A stretch of 64,000 nucleotides of DNA from Octopus vulgaris (taxonomy: Eukaryota). Below are positions 13,651-25,559 of the stretch, piece by piece (the first letter of the stretch is position 1; each line of letters starts with the position of its first letter). The notes below the pieces were generated by a model. The model did no database searches and was not told the origin of the DNA. It saw only the letters and a program-made list of their open reading frames with translations. The stretch lies in NCBI GenBank assembly GCA_951406725.2, contig OX597816.1, positions 76,508,001 through 76,572,000 of the forward strand, read 5' to 3'. Made by a program: the position numbers and the translations under genes.

Positions 13651-14237
13651 ATATAAGTGATATCTATTATTATATTTAATTTAAACATTAATTTTCTTCT
13701 TACATTTCACATTCACTAGATATATCTTTTTCCAAGACTTTAGAGTTTTATTTAATTTACATATCGTTATATACTTCTCATTTATTTGGTTTTTTCTTTC
13801 CTTTTCTCATCCTCTTTTTATAGGTTACCTTTGACGTTATATTCTCGAAGGTTTTTTTTTTTTTAAACTTATTAGCGTTCAGTTCATCACTTTACATTTC
13901 CATCATCTTCTGTTAAAATGTCTTGTTGACGAGTTTTATTTCTTCATTTCCAAGAAGAGAAAATTACATTATTTTACACCATTTTATTCTTTTTGGAATA
14001 ATAACACTGAAAGTAAAAAGAATTTGAATAACACCTGCGTTTAACTCAATTTATTTATTTATTTATATATATTATACAGAATATTTCACGTAAACCCGGA
14101 GTTTCTACCTTTAAACACAAGGAGTTACGCCCTTTTTCTTGTGTGATTTTTTTGCTACCCTGCTAACTATTTATCTATTTTTTCCGTGTTAATTGTAAAC
14201 AAGGAAAATACACACATCCATTTATCTATCTATCTAT

Positions 14238-14358
<121 letters not shown>

Positions 14359-15279
14359 TTATACATACGCGCTCACACACACACATCTACGTATATGGGT
14401 ATATTCGTGCAACTAAATACATGCGCATACTCACACGTATTGACGAATACATACATACATACATGTATAGGAACCCATATAGACAGGCACACACGCGCAT
14501 GTATACATAAATATACGCACATAGCATAGATATATATGTGCATATATTCGTACGTAAAGGGAGATACAGACGTCTGTGCAAAGTTTGACACACGTACACG
14601 TGTTAATACACTCGCGTCTACAAATAAGTAAATATATACACGCACATAAATACATATATAAATACACACACATATACATATATGAGTAACTTTATGTGCG
14701 GTAATATGCTCATTATATTAATGTACTTGTGATGTGTGACCGACTTCCTTTACATCAGAAGGCTGGAAGGCAATATAATCTGAGCAATGACACGTAAAGA
14801 GTGCAGTGAAGCAGAATCTTTGCTTGCGCTTACGAAAATGACTGCTGCGCAAGGTAGGGAAGAGTTTCACATCTCGCTACTTTTTTTCTCTCCACACCGC
14901 GCAGGTACATCGGTATCTACTATAACGGGATTGTTTAAAACATATACAAGGTATGTGATAGTATTCAATGGGAAGCGACTAACAAAGATTGGAAGCAAAA
15001 TAGATTAGATTCTATTAGCAGCTATTCGGGAAACGCGTTTTAGTTTTCACTCGATGACTGTGAAACCATCGTGTCTCCCTGTGCATGCCAAGGTATCAGA
15101 ATTAAACGCATCGGCAACAGTCATTATTAGATAATAAGGTACAATCGTCACAGTTTCGATTTCAGACAGTTCTTTGAATGTTTGTTGATTAAAGAAGCGT
15201 CTACTTCTCGAATATTACAAACCTCTACTTAACCTTTATAGTATGCTTGTTTTTATAGATTTTCGCCTAAAAGGTAAAA

Positions 15280-16150
15280 GGTTAACTAAAAACAACTGCA
15301 ATGGAACAAAACGAAACACTCACTTTCGGCCCAATGGCATCAGGAAAGACACAAGATAATCTGTTCTGGAGTGAATAGTGGCTAACGTGTTCTGGTGGAA
15401 TGTATAGTTACCCCCCCCCCCCCCCAACACAGCCTCTCTATAATTTCATCGGAAATGTAAAGCTTATGAAATGCACACGATGTCAATTCATTAAGTCTAT
15501 CAGTAATGTACCTATAATTGAGCAAACCTATCGGTAATGTATCTGTGATGACAACTGGAAACAGCTGCAAGCTGTTAACTCTGTGGAGATAACACCGAAG
15601 ATATCCCCCACATCATAAGCAGTTGTCCGAAAATGTCATCATGAGACATGACGTTGTAGCTAGGACCTTATAATGTAATCCGTCGCAAAGATAACCCCGA
15701 GGACAAAGAAATAAGAACCCACAGTCTTGTAGAAGCCATAACCACTCATAATGAAAGGGAGTACTGGTAGAATGTCCTAGTGAAGATTTCAATAAAATGC
15801 AAGCACAACAGACCTGATATAATGATTTGGGATGGAGAAGAGAAACTGTGTACAGTTGTGGAAATTAGCTACCCAGCTGATGTTAACATAAAGCTGAAGA
15901 TCCGTGAAAAGAGAACACTTATGCTGAACTATTGAGAAATCTACAGTTACTCTATCCAGATTACAAGTTCAGGCTTATACCTGTAATTATTGGGGCTCTG
16001 TGATATGTAACGCACTGCCGCCTAAATACCAATCTTAAGATATTAGCCTTCACAAAATCAAAAATGAGAAAGCTAATTCGAAGACTATAGATTCAATTCA
16101 TCATTGGAACTGTAAAAAATTTGTAAAACTTTCCAGACGTTTATCATTTA
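15280..16150 (+). mobile_element. RLE-type (R4/Dong-like) non-LTR retrotransposon 3' remnant
   Basis: CGDNTEDIPHIISSC zinc knuckle, RHD, KHNRPDIMIWD..VVEIS (PD-D/ExK nuclease) and IPVIIGAL; several stops and frameshifts. Confidence 0.82.
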
Positions 16151-16334
16151 AATATATATGAGCATGTCTAGATATGTAACTATATGCATGAGAATACATA
16201 CAAAAAGCAAAACATACAAATCTGCAGATACATATATACATATTTACATACAAAGAAAAATACCCGGTTGTTGATGAAGAAATTCCAATGAAGGCGCCTT
16301 GAATCTAGTTTAGAAACCGGTTCTTTCTCTATTA

Positions 16335-16469
<135 letters not shown>

Positions 16470-17071
16470 TTAAGCACCAATTCCAAAACTACAGCAATTC
16501 TTAGTTTTGAAGTGGCATACTAAATTATTGATCGGTAATTATGGAACAGATATTTGGTTGTTGCATCTATCTTTTAGTGAAGACTGTGTTAGCAACATGA
16601 CTTAGCTGCCCAAATAAGGACAATTAAAGAAGAAAAATCTCATAGCAATTCAAACTTCTTTAAAATATCTGGAGGGAAAGTGAATGATTACCATAAACCA
16701 ACGTGAACATATCCTACATATCAAAATCTTTTTGCTTGAAAGACATTGGAAAAATAATTGGTTAAATGAAAACATTTTAAAGAATGTTTATATACATGAA
16801 GTTTGACTATTTTCAAAAATGTCTTATATGTACATTGTCTTTTGATGTTTCCCAATTTTCTTTCAATAATGCATATGCGATAGTTTCCCTCGAAACAAGA
16901 ATATTTATGTGGTTTAAAAATCAGGAACATTCTTTTATTCCTGACACAGCTTCTAAATATTTGATTTATCGTTCAAGATAAGAGACATTTATTTCTTTAA
17001 AGTTTTTGAATAGACGTAGCTGACATTTACAATTCAGATTACCGATATTAATTATCAAGCTTTTGCTACAG

Positions 17072-17179
17072 GCTGCCTGCCACACGAATTCCAGTGCAAT
17101 GAAACAAACTGTGTTGATTTGGTAAAAAGATGTGATACAGTGCAAGACTGTGATGCAGGGGAAGATGAAGTTAACTGCG
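17072..17179 (+). CDS. GRL101: GRL101-like receptor, exon B (LDLa module 2)
   Basis: ttttgctacAG acceptor, G|GTAAGT donor; 108 nt, phase 1-1. Encodes GCLPHEFQCNETNCVDLVKRCDTVQDCDAGEDEVNC, in frame with exon A. Confidence 0.88.
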
Positions 17180-17971
17180 GTAAGTGGAATCTTTTGTACT
17201 TCAAAGATTTATGTCGTTTCTCTGTATATTTATACACGCACGCAATGGCCAGCAAGGACGCACGGCAATACACACACATACGTACACATAAACGCCCTCA
17301 CACATACACATACATACATACGCGCGCGAGCATATATATGTACATATATATATACATATATATATATACACATACCTATATATATATATAATTATGCGCG
17401 TATAAATTTTAGATATCATTTACATTATTTAAAGTAAAAGAAAATATAGATAGATTATATGTATTTTGATAAATAGGTATAAATTTCTGTGCATTATTCA
17501 GATATAACTGTGCACTTTACAACGTATACATATTATTCACTGTTTCTTTCCTTCATTCTCCACTCTTCAGTCACACGCGTGTACACATTCACATGCACTC
17601 ACACAAGCATAGTGTAAGAGAGAAGAGAGGGAGAGAGAGAATACAATCATACATATATATATACACACATATATATGTATATGTATGTATATATATATAT
17701 ATACCGGAGTATACTCGGTATTTTCCTCGGATTTTATAATTTTTATAAGTTTTTATATATATATACATATATTTTTGACCTTTTTGTTTATCGCTCGAAG
17801 ATTGACCGTTTTTTTCTAAAGGGCCAATCAAACAAGTCCATTTCTTTTTAAAGGTGTAGCGTTTGTAAGAGTATAGATTGAATTAATATATATGTTCCAT
17901 TCTAGCAAAAACTGTCTGATGAACGGCAACGAGAAACTCAGAGTAACAGATTTTGTTGAATTTTCTGCTGC

Positions 17972-18040
<69 letters not shown>

Positions 18041-18519
18041 TACATATATATATACTTATACATACACACACACATACACACACACAAGCTCACAAAATGC
18101 AGGCCACCTTTTGTTTCGCTTCTATAATAGGTTTTTCCTGTTTTCTGTGTACAATTTTATTCTTAACATTCTAAGCAGGTTCATACGCAAAATATACTGG
18201 TCGCTGTTGTGTATGCCATAAAATAAATCACTTCTTTTTACGACCGAAAAATGTGTGCAACACGTCAGCTGACTACCACATACCATTCTGCGGCTCATGT
18301 CAAAACACCAGTGTACCGCCACTGAGGTGTGTTGAACACACTTCCATCGTGAAAGTGAGATGTTACTCACATATGACATGCACTTTTAGCGACACTCTTT
18401 TTTGCGTTTGAACCCACTCAGACATGTTAATTATGAATATGCAAACAATCGCTCCAGATCTCGAAGTACACGGTACAAATAACGATATTCTAGTTGTAAT
18501 GAAAAATCGATGGAAATTG

Positions 18520-18700
18520 ACCTGGTGGCACGTAAAAACAGCACCCACTACACTCTCAGAGTGGTTGGCGTTAGGAAGGGCATCCAGCTGTAGAAACACT
18601 GCCAGATCAGACTGGAGCTAGTTGCAGCCTCCTGGCTTCCCAGGCCCCAGTCGAACCATTCAACCTATTCCAGCATGGAAAATGGACATTAAACAATGAT
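18520..18700 (+). mobile_element. SINE/LINE 3' fragment with RTE-type tail
   Basis: gagtggttggcgttaggaagggcatccagc...ccagcatggaaaatggacattaaacaatgatg. The same tail (ggacgttaaacgatgatg) recurs at 33242-33268. Confidence 0.55.
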
Positions 18701-19230
18701 GCACTGGTCAAGTAGAAAAACGATGAGTGATAAAAAATTGGCTTGTCTTTTGGTACCAAAAGAGTGAAGAAAGAGAGTAGAGAAGGTTAGGGAAGAGCAA
18801 GTAGGAAGAAAGATAGAGTGCTGAGAAATAAGGGAATAAAAATAGACAGTAGGTAGTTGACAGAGATGGACAGAGGAAGAAATGGAAGGCAGTAAAGAGA
18901 GCAAAGCAGCAGATAGGTAGAGAGGTAGATAGATGGGAGAGGAGAAGGACAGAGAAATAGATAGGAAAGAGAGACAGTCTTGCACCAAATATTGAACATT
19001 GTATAGGGTACCACGGAGTGGGAACAGAAGTGTGTGACATTACATTGACTAACAGCCATAAAATGTTACAAAGAAAGTCAACACACGCACATATATAAGG
19101 ATGAAGTAAATTGTTGTATACAGTGCTCAGGTGCACTACAACTAAAAAGAAAAAAATGGCCATCAGGTGTACTGTTTGCGGATTTCAGGACACATGGAAA
19201 TTTTGAAGGATGTTGTGTAGTTTTCGACCG

Positions 19231-19370
19231 ACTTTCCAGGAAGTTAGGAAAATCTCGGAATTTCAATGAAATCCTCAGAACTTTCCAGGAACTTTCCCAG
19301 TATTTTCCCAGGAAGTTGGGAAATCCCCGGAACTTTCCATACAATCTCGGAACTTTCCAGGAAGTTCCCT
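19231..19370. repeat. Cluster of GGAACTTTCC / TTCCAGGAA short repeats
   Basis: ggaactttcc at 19288, 19329 and 19349; ttccaggaa three times; gggaaatccc at 19318. Confidence 0.7.
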
Positions 19371-19778
19371 ATAAATGTTTTAGGAAGTAATGATAGTACT
19401 GCAGCCATTCTACAGGACCGCCTTAATGCATTTTCAATTAGGTTTTGTTGCTTCTTCACTGGAAGGTGGTCTATGATTGAGTTTTCTAGCAGCTGTTCTC
19501 CTCAGAATGTGTCATCCTTGAATGGTTGACTTCTAAGGTATCGTTAAGAGTTCATCTAATGAGGAGGGGTGTTTTAATGTTTCAGTAGATGTCTCTTTTA
19601 TATTTCTTTTAATTTAGAAAGGTAGTTGAACAGTTAAGGGAACTTTAAATGTCAGATTGTTACTATAGAGTATTTTAGCCCATGATTTCGAAGGTAGTAT
19701 ATTTGCAAGCTTAGAGTATATAAATGTTCGTGCATTAAAACTCTCTCCACTGCCGAAGTTTGGAACATGTCCCTCCAC

Positions 19779-20060
19779 AGTTCTATATTTTAGAGATGAG
19801 GAATTATATACCTTATTTACATTATTTATATTCGATGGATATTTGTCCTCATCTTGTTTGTTGTTAACACAACGTTTCGGCTGATATACCCTCCAAGCCT
19901 TCTTCAGGTATCTTGGGGAAGTTTCGAATCTGTGTTCTCATTCCTAACATATTTTTCAATGTCATTATTGTTGTTGTTGTTAGTGTTCAGGTCACTGCTT
20001 GGAATCGAACTTGGAATCTTTGGGTTAGTAGCCCGCGCTCTTAGCCACTACGCCATATGT
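19779..20060 (-). mobile_element. tRNA-headed SINE carrying a hammerhead ribozyme motif
   Basis: A-box TGGCGTAGTGG (20045-20055), B-box GTTCGATTCC (20001-20010), tRNA-like arm, (AAC)n linker, HHR at 19866-19912, and 3' inverted repeat agatgagga/tcctcatct (19794-19802, 19846-19854). Confidence 0.75.
19866..19912 (-). ncRNA. Type I hammerhead-ribozyme-like motif, canonical core
   Basis: gauac-CUGAAGA-A-GGCU(UGGAGGGUAUAUC)AGCC-GAAA-CGU-U-guguu. Helix I GAUAC/GUGUU, helix III reduced to the palindrome ACGU. Confidence 0.68.
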
Positions 20061-20061
20061 T

Positions 20062-20314
20062 CCCCAATGTCGCCCAGAGCGAGCTCTGGTAATAATAGCG
20101 ACGAATGTGGGCTGGTAGCTGTGTACATTCGCCCCAATGTCGCCCAGAGCGAGCTCTGGTCACCATAGCATCTCCACTAAATTTATTCTGTCCAGTTACG
20201 TATCTGTATAGTGGTCATTTCCAAACTCCAGAGGTGACACTTTCACTTCTCCTTGTCGACTGTGGGCTGGTAGCTGTGGACGGTGAAACCAACGTCGCCC
20301 AGAGCGGGCTCTGG
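20062..20314. repeat. Three direct repeats with palindromic core CCAGAGC-GA-GCTCTGG
   Basis: ccccaatgtcgcccagagcgagctctggt is identical at 20062-20090 and 20132-20160, with a variant at 20289-20314. tgtgggctggtagctgtg precedes copies 2 and 3. Confidence 0.85.
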
Positions 20315-20319
20315 CTTGT

Positions 20320-20430
20320 ATGATGCTATAGCAGAAGACACATGCCAAGTTACCACACAGTGGGACTGAACTAAGGACCAAGTGTTTTGGAACCAAGTTT
20401 GTTACCACACAGCCACACCTGCACCTGTGT
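20320..20430 (-). mobile_element. tRNA-derived SINE head (family of 32118-32530)
   Basis: Reverse complement of gtggctgtgtggtaa..gttcagtcccactg..gtcttctgctatagc. Confidence 0.7.
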
Positions 20431-20634
20431 GTGTGGGTGGGTGTATCGGTATGTGTGTATGGGTGTGTATATGTATGCATGTATAGCTGTGAAAATATAT
20501 ATGTGTACATGTTACATGTACATCTATATATACATCTAGACATACATGTTTACATATACATGTATATCTATAGAAATACATCTATACATGTACAGCTATA
20601 CATATACATAAGTATATATACATGTATTTATATA

Positions 20635-20676
<42 letters not shown>

Positions 20677-20737
20677 CATGTATATATATTTTTTATATAT
20701 ATACATATATATATATATGTATTTATATATATACATT

Positions 20738-20789
<52 letters not shown>

Positions 20790-20790
<1 letters not shown>

Positions 20791-20975
20791 CTAGTCGTCA
20801 TGATAGATCGTTAGCCACTACACACATTTTTTTCTCTCCTTGTTTTTTCTGTGTCCCTTTCTGTAGAGGAGCGTAGGTTCGAAACGTAAAAGACTTTTCT
20901 ATTCCTGATAGTTGTACTAATACATCTGATTTTTATAGACCACTTGTCTTCGTCTTTTGCTTTTTCGTAAGGTCT

Positions 20976-20978
<3 letters not shown>
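20790..20978 (+). mobile_element. Short (TA)n-embedded PLE-like terminal repeat with hammerhead-like motif
   Basis: Homologous to 42060-42330 (and 7842-7950 on -), flanked by (TA)n. Motif cuuu-CUGUAGA-G-GAGC(GUAG)GUUC-GAAA-CGU-A-aaag at 20857-20892. Confidence 0.62.
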
Positions 20979-21045
<67 letters not shown>

Positions 21046-21057
21046 GTGTATATGTAT

Positions 21058-21139
<82 letters not shown>

Positions 21140-21272
21140 GTATGTTTATATATATGTATATGTATGTGTATATATATATATATATATGCATTTATATATA
21201 TATGTATGTATGTATATATATGTATTTATATATATCTGTATGTATATATATATATATATCCATATATATAAC

Positions 21273-21328
<56 letters not shown>

Positions 21329-21384
21329 TATCTATATATCTATATATTTCTATATATATCTATATATCTATGTATATCTATATA

Positions 21385-22470
21385 TACTTTGATACTTTGA
21401 TACTTTGATACTTTGATAGGTTTCGGCCATTATTGGCCCAGGCCATGTCTAACTTAATAGCACCACCTGGTGAAATCTTTCAAGTCAGAATTTGGGCACT
21501 ATGGCCCACTCAAGTAGAGAGTTATTGTTTACAGAGACATATCCGGGTGTAGGGGGTTTATCCGGGATTTCTTGAAGGAATCTGTCCAAAGACTTCTTGA
21601 ACCCTATAGGGTCAGTTTCTGTTTTAATGTGTTTTGGTGTAATGTTAAAGAGAGCGGGGCCAATTGATGTGAAATAATTGTGCCGTATTGTTGTTATGAG
21701 ATGAGAGTGCGATTTTTGTTTTGGGCGGATGGCACGGGGCCCAAGCCTTGGATGTACCTTAAAGGTGATGCCAACATCATTCGGGCAATGCTGATGGAAT
21801 ATTTTCCACATCATGCAGATAATGTAGCGCTCATGACGACGTTGGAGAGAATAGAGTTTTAGCTTTTCTAGTCGACCCCAATAGTCGAGGCCTGTCATGC
21901 CATCTATCTTTTTTGTGATTGCCCTTTGAGGTGCTTCAAGTTTTATGATACCTTGTATTGTGTGGGGAGACCACATTGGACAACAGTATTCAAGGTGGGG
22001 TCGGGCAAAAGTGGAGAAGAGAAGGATAATGGTGTGGATATCTCTCGACTGGAAAGTTCTGAGAATCCAGGAACACATTCTGCGGGCCATGTCAACTTTG
22101 GTGTTTATATGAGTGGCCCAGCTTATGTTGTTGTCCACAATTACTCCCAAGTCTCTGATGTTGTTGGACGCCGCGAGAGTTTCACCTGAAGGAAGGGAGT
22201 ATGGGAGTTTCAGGGCATCCTCTTTTCCAAAGTGGATTAGCTCAAATTTATCCTCGTTCAGCAGCATATTGTTTTTTTCTGCCCATTGGATAACAGCCAG
22301 TAGATCTGACTGAAGGCATGTCCGGTCACTCGCCTCATTTATGACCTTCTGTAGCTTGGAGTCATCTGCAAAGATTTTTATGTTGCTGTGCTTGATGATG
22401 TCATTAATGTCATTAATGTAAATGATGAAAAGAAGTGGGCCCAGCACAGTGCCTTGCGGAACGCCACTAC
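21385..22470 (-). mobile_element. Young CR1/L2-group LINE, 5'-truncated, uninterrupted 320-codon RT/C-terminal ORF
   Basis: ORF 21485-22447 LGPLLF..FADD..RDLGV..RPHLEYC..GPALFN..IPDKP..NSLLEW. 3' UTR ends in (ATCAAAGT)n; (TA)n on both sides. Confidence 0.95.
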
Positions 22471-22508
22471 TGACTTTATGTATATGTATTTATTTATATA
22501 TATATATA

Positions 22509-22553
<45 letters not shown>

Positions 22554-22619
22554 GTATATATATATATGTATATATATATATATGTATGTATATATATATG
22601 TATATATATATCAATATAT

Positions 22620-22659
<40 letters not shown>

Positions 22660-22754
22660 ATATATATATATAAATATCTATATATATATCTATCTATCTA
22701 TCTATCTATCTATATATATATATATATATATATACATACATATATATATATATA

Positions 22755-22840
22755 CTTTGATTCTTTGATAGGGTTCGGTCATTATTGGCCCAGGCCATGT
22801 CTAACTTAATAGCACCACCTGGTGACTTAATAGCACCACC
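22755..22840 (-). mobile_element. Isolated 3' tail of the same CR1-like LINE
   Basis: cattattggcccaggccatgtctaacttaatagcaccacctggtga is identical to 21428-21473; short internal duplication gacttaatagcaccacc. Confidence 0.88.
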
Positions 22841-22849
22841 GAATACTCC

Positions 22850-23020
22850 AAATCACATAGGCAAGTTTGAAGATTGCCTCACAAGAATTTAAAAAATCCT
22901 CATGAATCTAGAACACCACGTGACCATATTTCTCATGGGTGATTTCAACTTCCCCAACGTTAAATGGCCCGAAGGTCTCATACTCTCGGGAATGAATCAT
23001 TGCAAGCATGTACAGGTGGA
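22850..23020 (+). mobile_element. LINE AP-endonuclease fragment
   Basis: Translates IFLMGDFNFPNVKWP (APE GDFN motif). Confidence 0.7.
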
Positions 23021-23529
23021 GTTCAAGTTATATCTTGATATCGCTACTGATAACAATACTTAAAATATATAACTGACTCGAATTGTAGGCCCGTATCTTG
23101 CAATTTCGATCAATTGGATCTTGTCCTCCCTCTTGTATAGAAGTGTACGGCTACAGTAAAATTCATTTTTGGACTTTCTTCTATCGAAGGCATTTTAACA
23201 AAAATGCTTCCGTAATGACGGTGAAAATATTGTCAATTTCCCCAAACAGGGACACAATTCAATTTTTAAACAATAACCAAAGCCCCTTCTCCGAAAGGGG
23301 CAGGGTTACGGTTCACAATTATTTAACAAATGCAACACAACAACGTTTACCTGACGAGGAACCAACAAACGTGATTACAATAGTCAAACAGTAATAATAA
23401 TAGCAACAAACCTTTTTAATTTATCACCATTTATGTGAAACCACTTATTCAAGTTCAAGTCATTGATGCAATTTTATGCGAATTGCTAATACGCACACAC
23501 ATAATAAGGATGAAAAATTGAATATTTAT

Positions 23530-23918
23530 TTGATTAATATGAATTGAAAACCAGTAGTGTAGCATATAAGACCATAGCGGATCTTCTAGCAAAATGAATG
23601 ACCACTGTTAATGGTTCATCCCTGTTATATAATACTTTCACTTTAATAGTTTCAGTATTAAAGTGAATGTCTGCATTACAATAGAGAGATGTTTTTGTTT
23701 CACTTTTAACACGTAATACTGAAATAGTGGAGAAGATATGATATTGCTGTGGGGTCGCCCTAGGGAAAAAGTTAAATTTTTTTGCCGATGACACTCCCCG
23801 GATCTTAAGTAAGGCAAGTGTAAAATTTGAATGAAATTGGTTGTGTAGTTCTCAGGTTTTAGGGAAACACACAGACAGACAGACAGACACACATTCTCAG
23901 TTTTATATATAGAGAGAT
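23530..23918 (-). mobile_element. Helitron-derived (Lep1/HINE-like) terminal segment
   Basis: aaatttgaatgaaattggttgtgtagttc..(acag)n..ttttatatatagagagat end structure, similar to 35560-35680. Left boundary is uncertain. Confidence 0.5.
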
Positions 23919-24190
23919 TTCTTAAAAATAAATTATCCTCTAAATTATAATTGTCAATTAATTGTGATTTTTTTTCAATTAGTCATCAATGTATTTTCGT
24001 CAGTTTTACGTTTTACTTTGTTAGGCTTTCTCATTGGATCACCCTATCTAATGCGTACAGGTTTAGTTTCATATAATCTGTCGCTCTTACTCCATTCGTA
24101 TATATGCTCTCTTTTCCTTTCAGCTCTGAATTTTCTCCTCTCTTTTTCTCTTTCTTCTCTCTCGCTCTTTCTCTCTCTCTTTCTCTCTAG

Positions 24191-24241
<51 letters not shown>

Positions 24242-24859
24242 GCACACACAGTATATGTATATGTATGTGTGCGTGTATTTGTGTCTACGTATGTACTCGT
24301 CTGTGTGCGCACAAGTTTATGAGGGATTTCTGAATTTCTCTTTTTAACACGAATAATTTTCTAGCCGTTCCACTTTTCGATTAGGAGAATTATATTTGTG
24401 TGAATGACTATTGACTATGATCGATATGAAAGTATAAAAAGATATAAAAAGGAAAACGAATATATGTACGAGAATCGAAACTTCCAACAGGACCCCAGCT
24501 GACTGGAGCGAGATAATATATTACAGTCCATCTCTCAGAAGAAACCTTTAGGTGATGATTTTATGACATATTAAATGAATTATATTACTAGAATCATTTA
24601 CTGAGAAGGAACATAGAACTTGAAAACATAAAGTATTTATGACAAAGAATAGTGTCTAAGTGCGAGTTGTACAGAGAAATAATGGCCAAATTAATAATAC
24701 TTACCTATGAATAATTGAGAAGTCTTATGTCAGAGAAGTGATAATTTTTGTGAAACGAGAAATGAAATCGTAAAATGGATTAGTGTATATAGTGGACAAG
24801 AGACATTTTCATAATGTAAAATATTATTTCCTTTCTGAATATTTTAGTATGACACGATT

Positions 24860-25080
24860 GTATTGCTTTCAACTGTTAGCCCAAAACCAGCAATTTCAGA
24901 GGAGGGTGTACGTCGATTACATCAGCCTAAGTGCTCAAACGCTACTTAATTTAGGGACCCGGAAATTATGAAAGGTAAAGTCAGCCGCAGCGGAATTTGA
25001 ACTCGAAACGTAAAGACAGACGAAATCACGCTAAGAATCTTGGCCGTCGTGCTAATGATTCTGCTAGTTCACTACCTTAT
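24860..25080 (-). mobile_element. tRNA-derived SINE, second family
   Basis: gtcgattacatc..gaaaggtaaagtc..ggaatttgaactc..gtgctaatgattctgc. Related copies at about 6260-6360, 9810-9900, 10060-10220, 29450-29660, 31670-31865, 49620-49865, 50305-50505 and 51170-51370. Confidence 0.75.
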
Positions 25081-25559
25081 ATGTCACAAGTATATTCTCA
25101 CATAGAACGGGTATGTGTACTGTAGGCCATTAATATAATACCAGTACTGAAGTGATTTTTGACAAAGGTGGAAAGCCAAGAGATATTTTAAAAATATAAT
25201 CTGAAGAATGTCTCGAACAACAGAAATATTTCTTGTAAATTTGATTATAACTATATGATTTTGTACGAAGGCGTGATACGTTTCTGACATCTTTAAAAAT
25301 AGTGTAATTTTTTTTTTTACATATGTAACAAATTCCATTGGTATGCCCTCAATCAGCGAATCACACGGTTCAAATAGCGGATGATTTCTCGGAGAAATTA
25401 TGCATTATAATTTCATAGGACTACAGTTTTATAGACTTAAGTCAAGCTAACAAACCAATATTCAAGGGAGACAGTCCTCAAATCCCACTTAACCAGGTTC
25501 AAGGAATCATAATGTAATTTATCTATGCTTTTAATTAAAAAGCTTGTGTTCACTGCTAT

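Noticed and set aside
19990-20056. Functional tRNA gene
   Set aside because: A/B boxes are present but acceptor and T stems pair poorly and the sequence runs into repeat body with no terminator; treated as a SINE head.
20062-20314. CRISPR-like array (palindromic 29-bp repeats)
   Set aside because: Only three units, irregular spacing, spacers share sequence, no cas genes, eukaryotic intron.
20431-21408. Numerous 60-130 aa ORFs rich in YI/HT/CV/RE/LS dipeptides here and throughout
   Set aside because: Translations of (TA)n, (CA)n and (GA)n microsatellites that lack stops; no splice or domain evidence.
24595-24640. Hammerhead-like CTGAGAAG...TGAAAACAT
   Set aside because: Core deviates without compensation and the stems do not pair convincingly.
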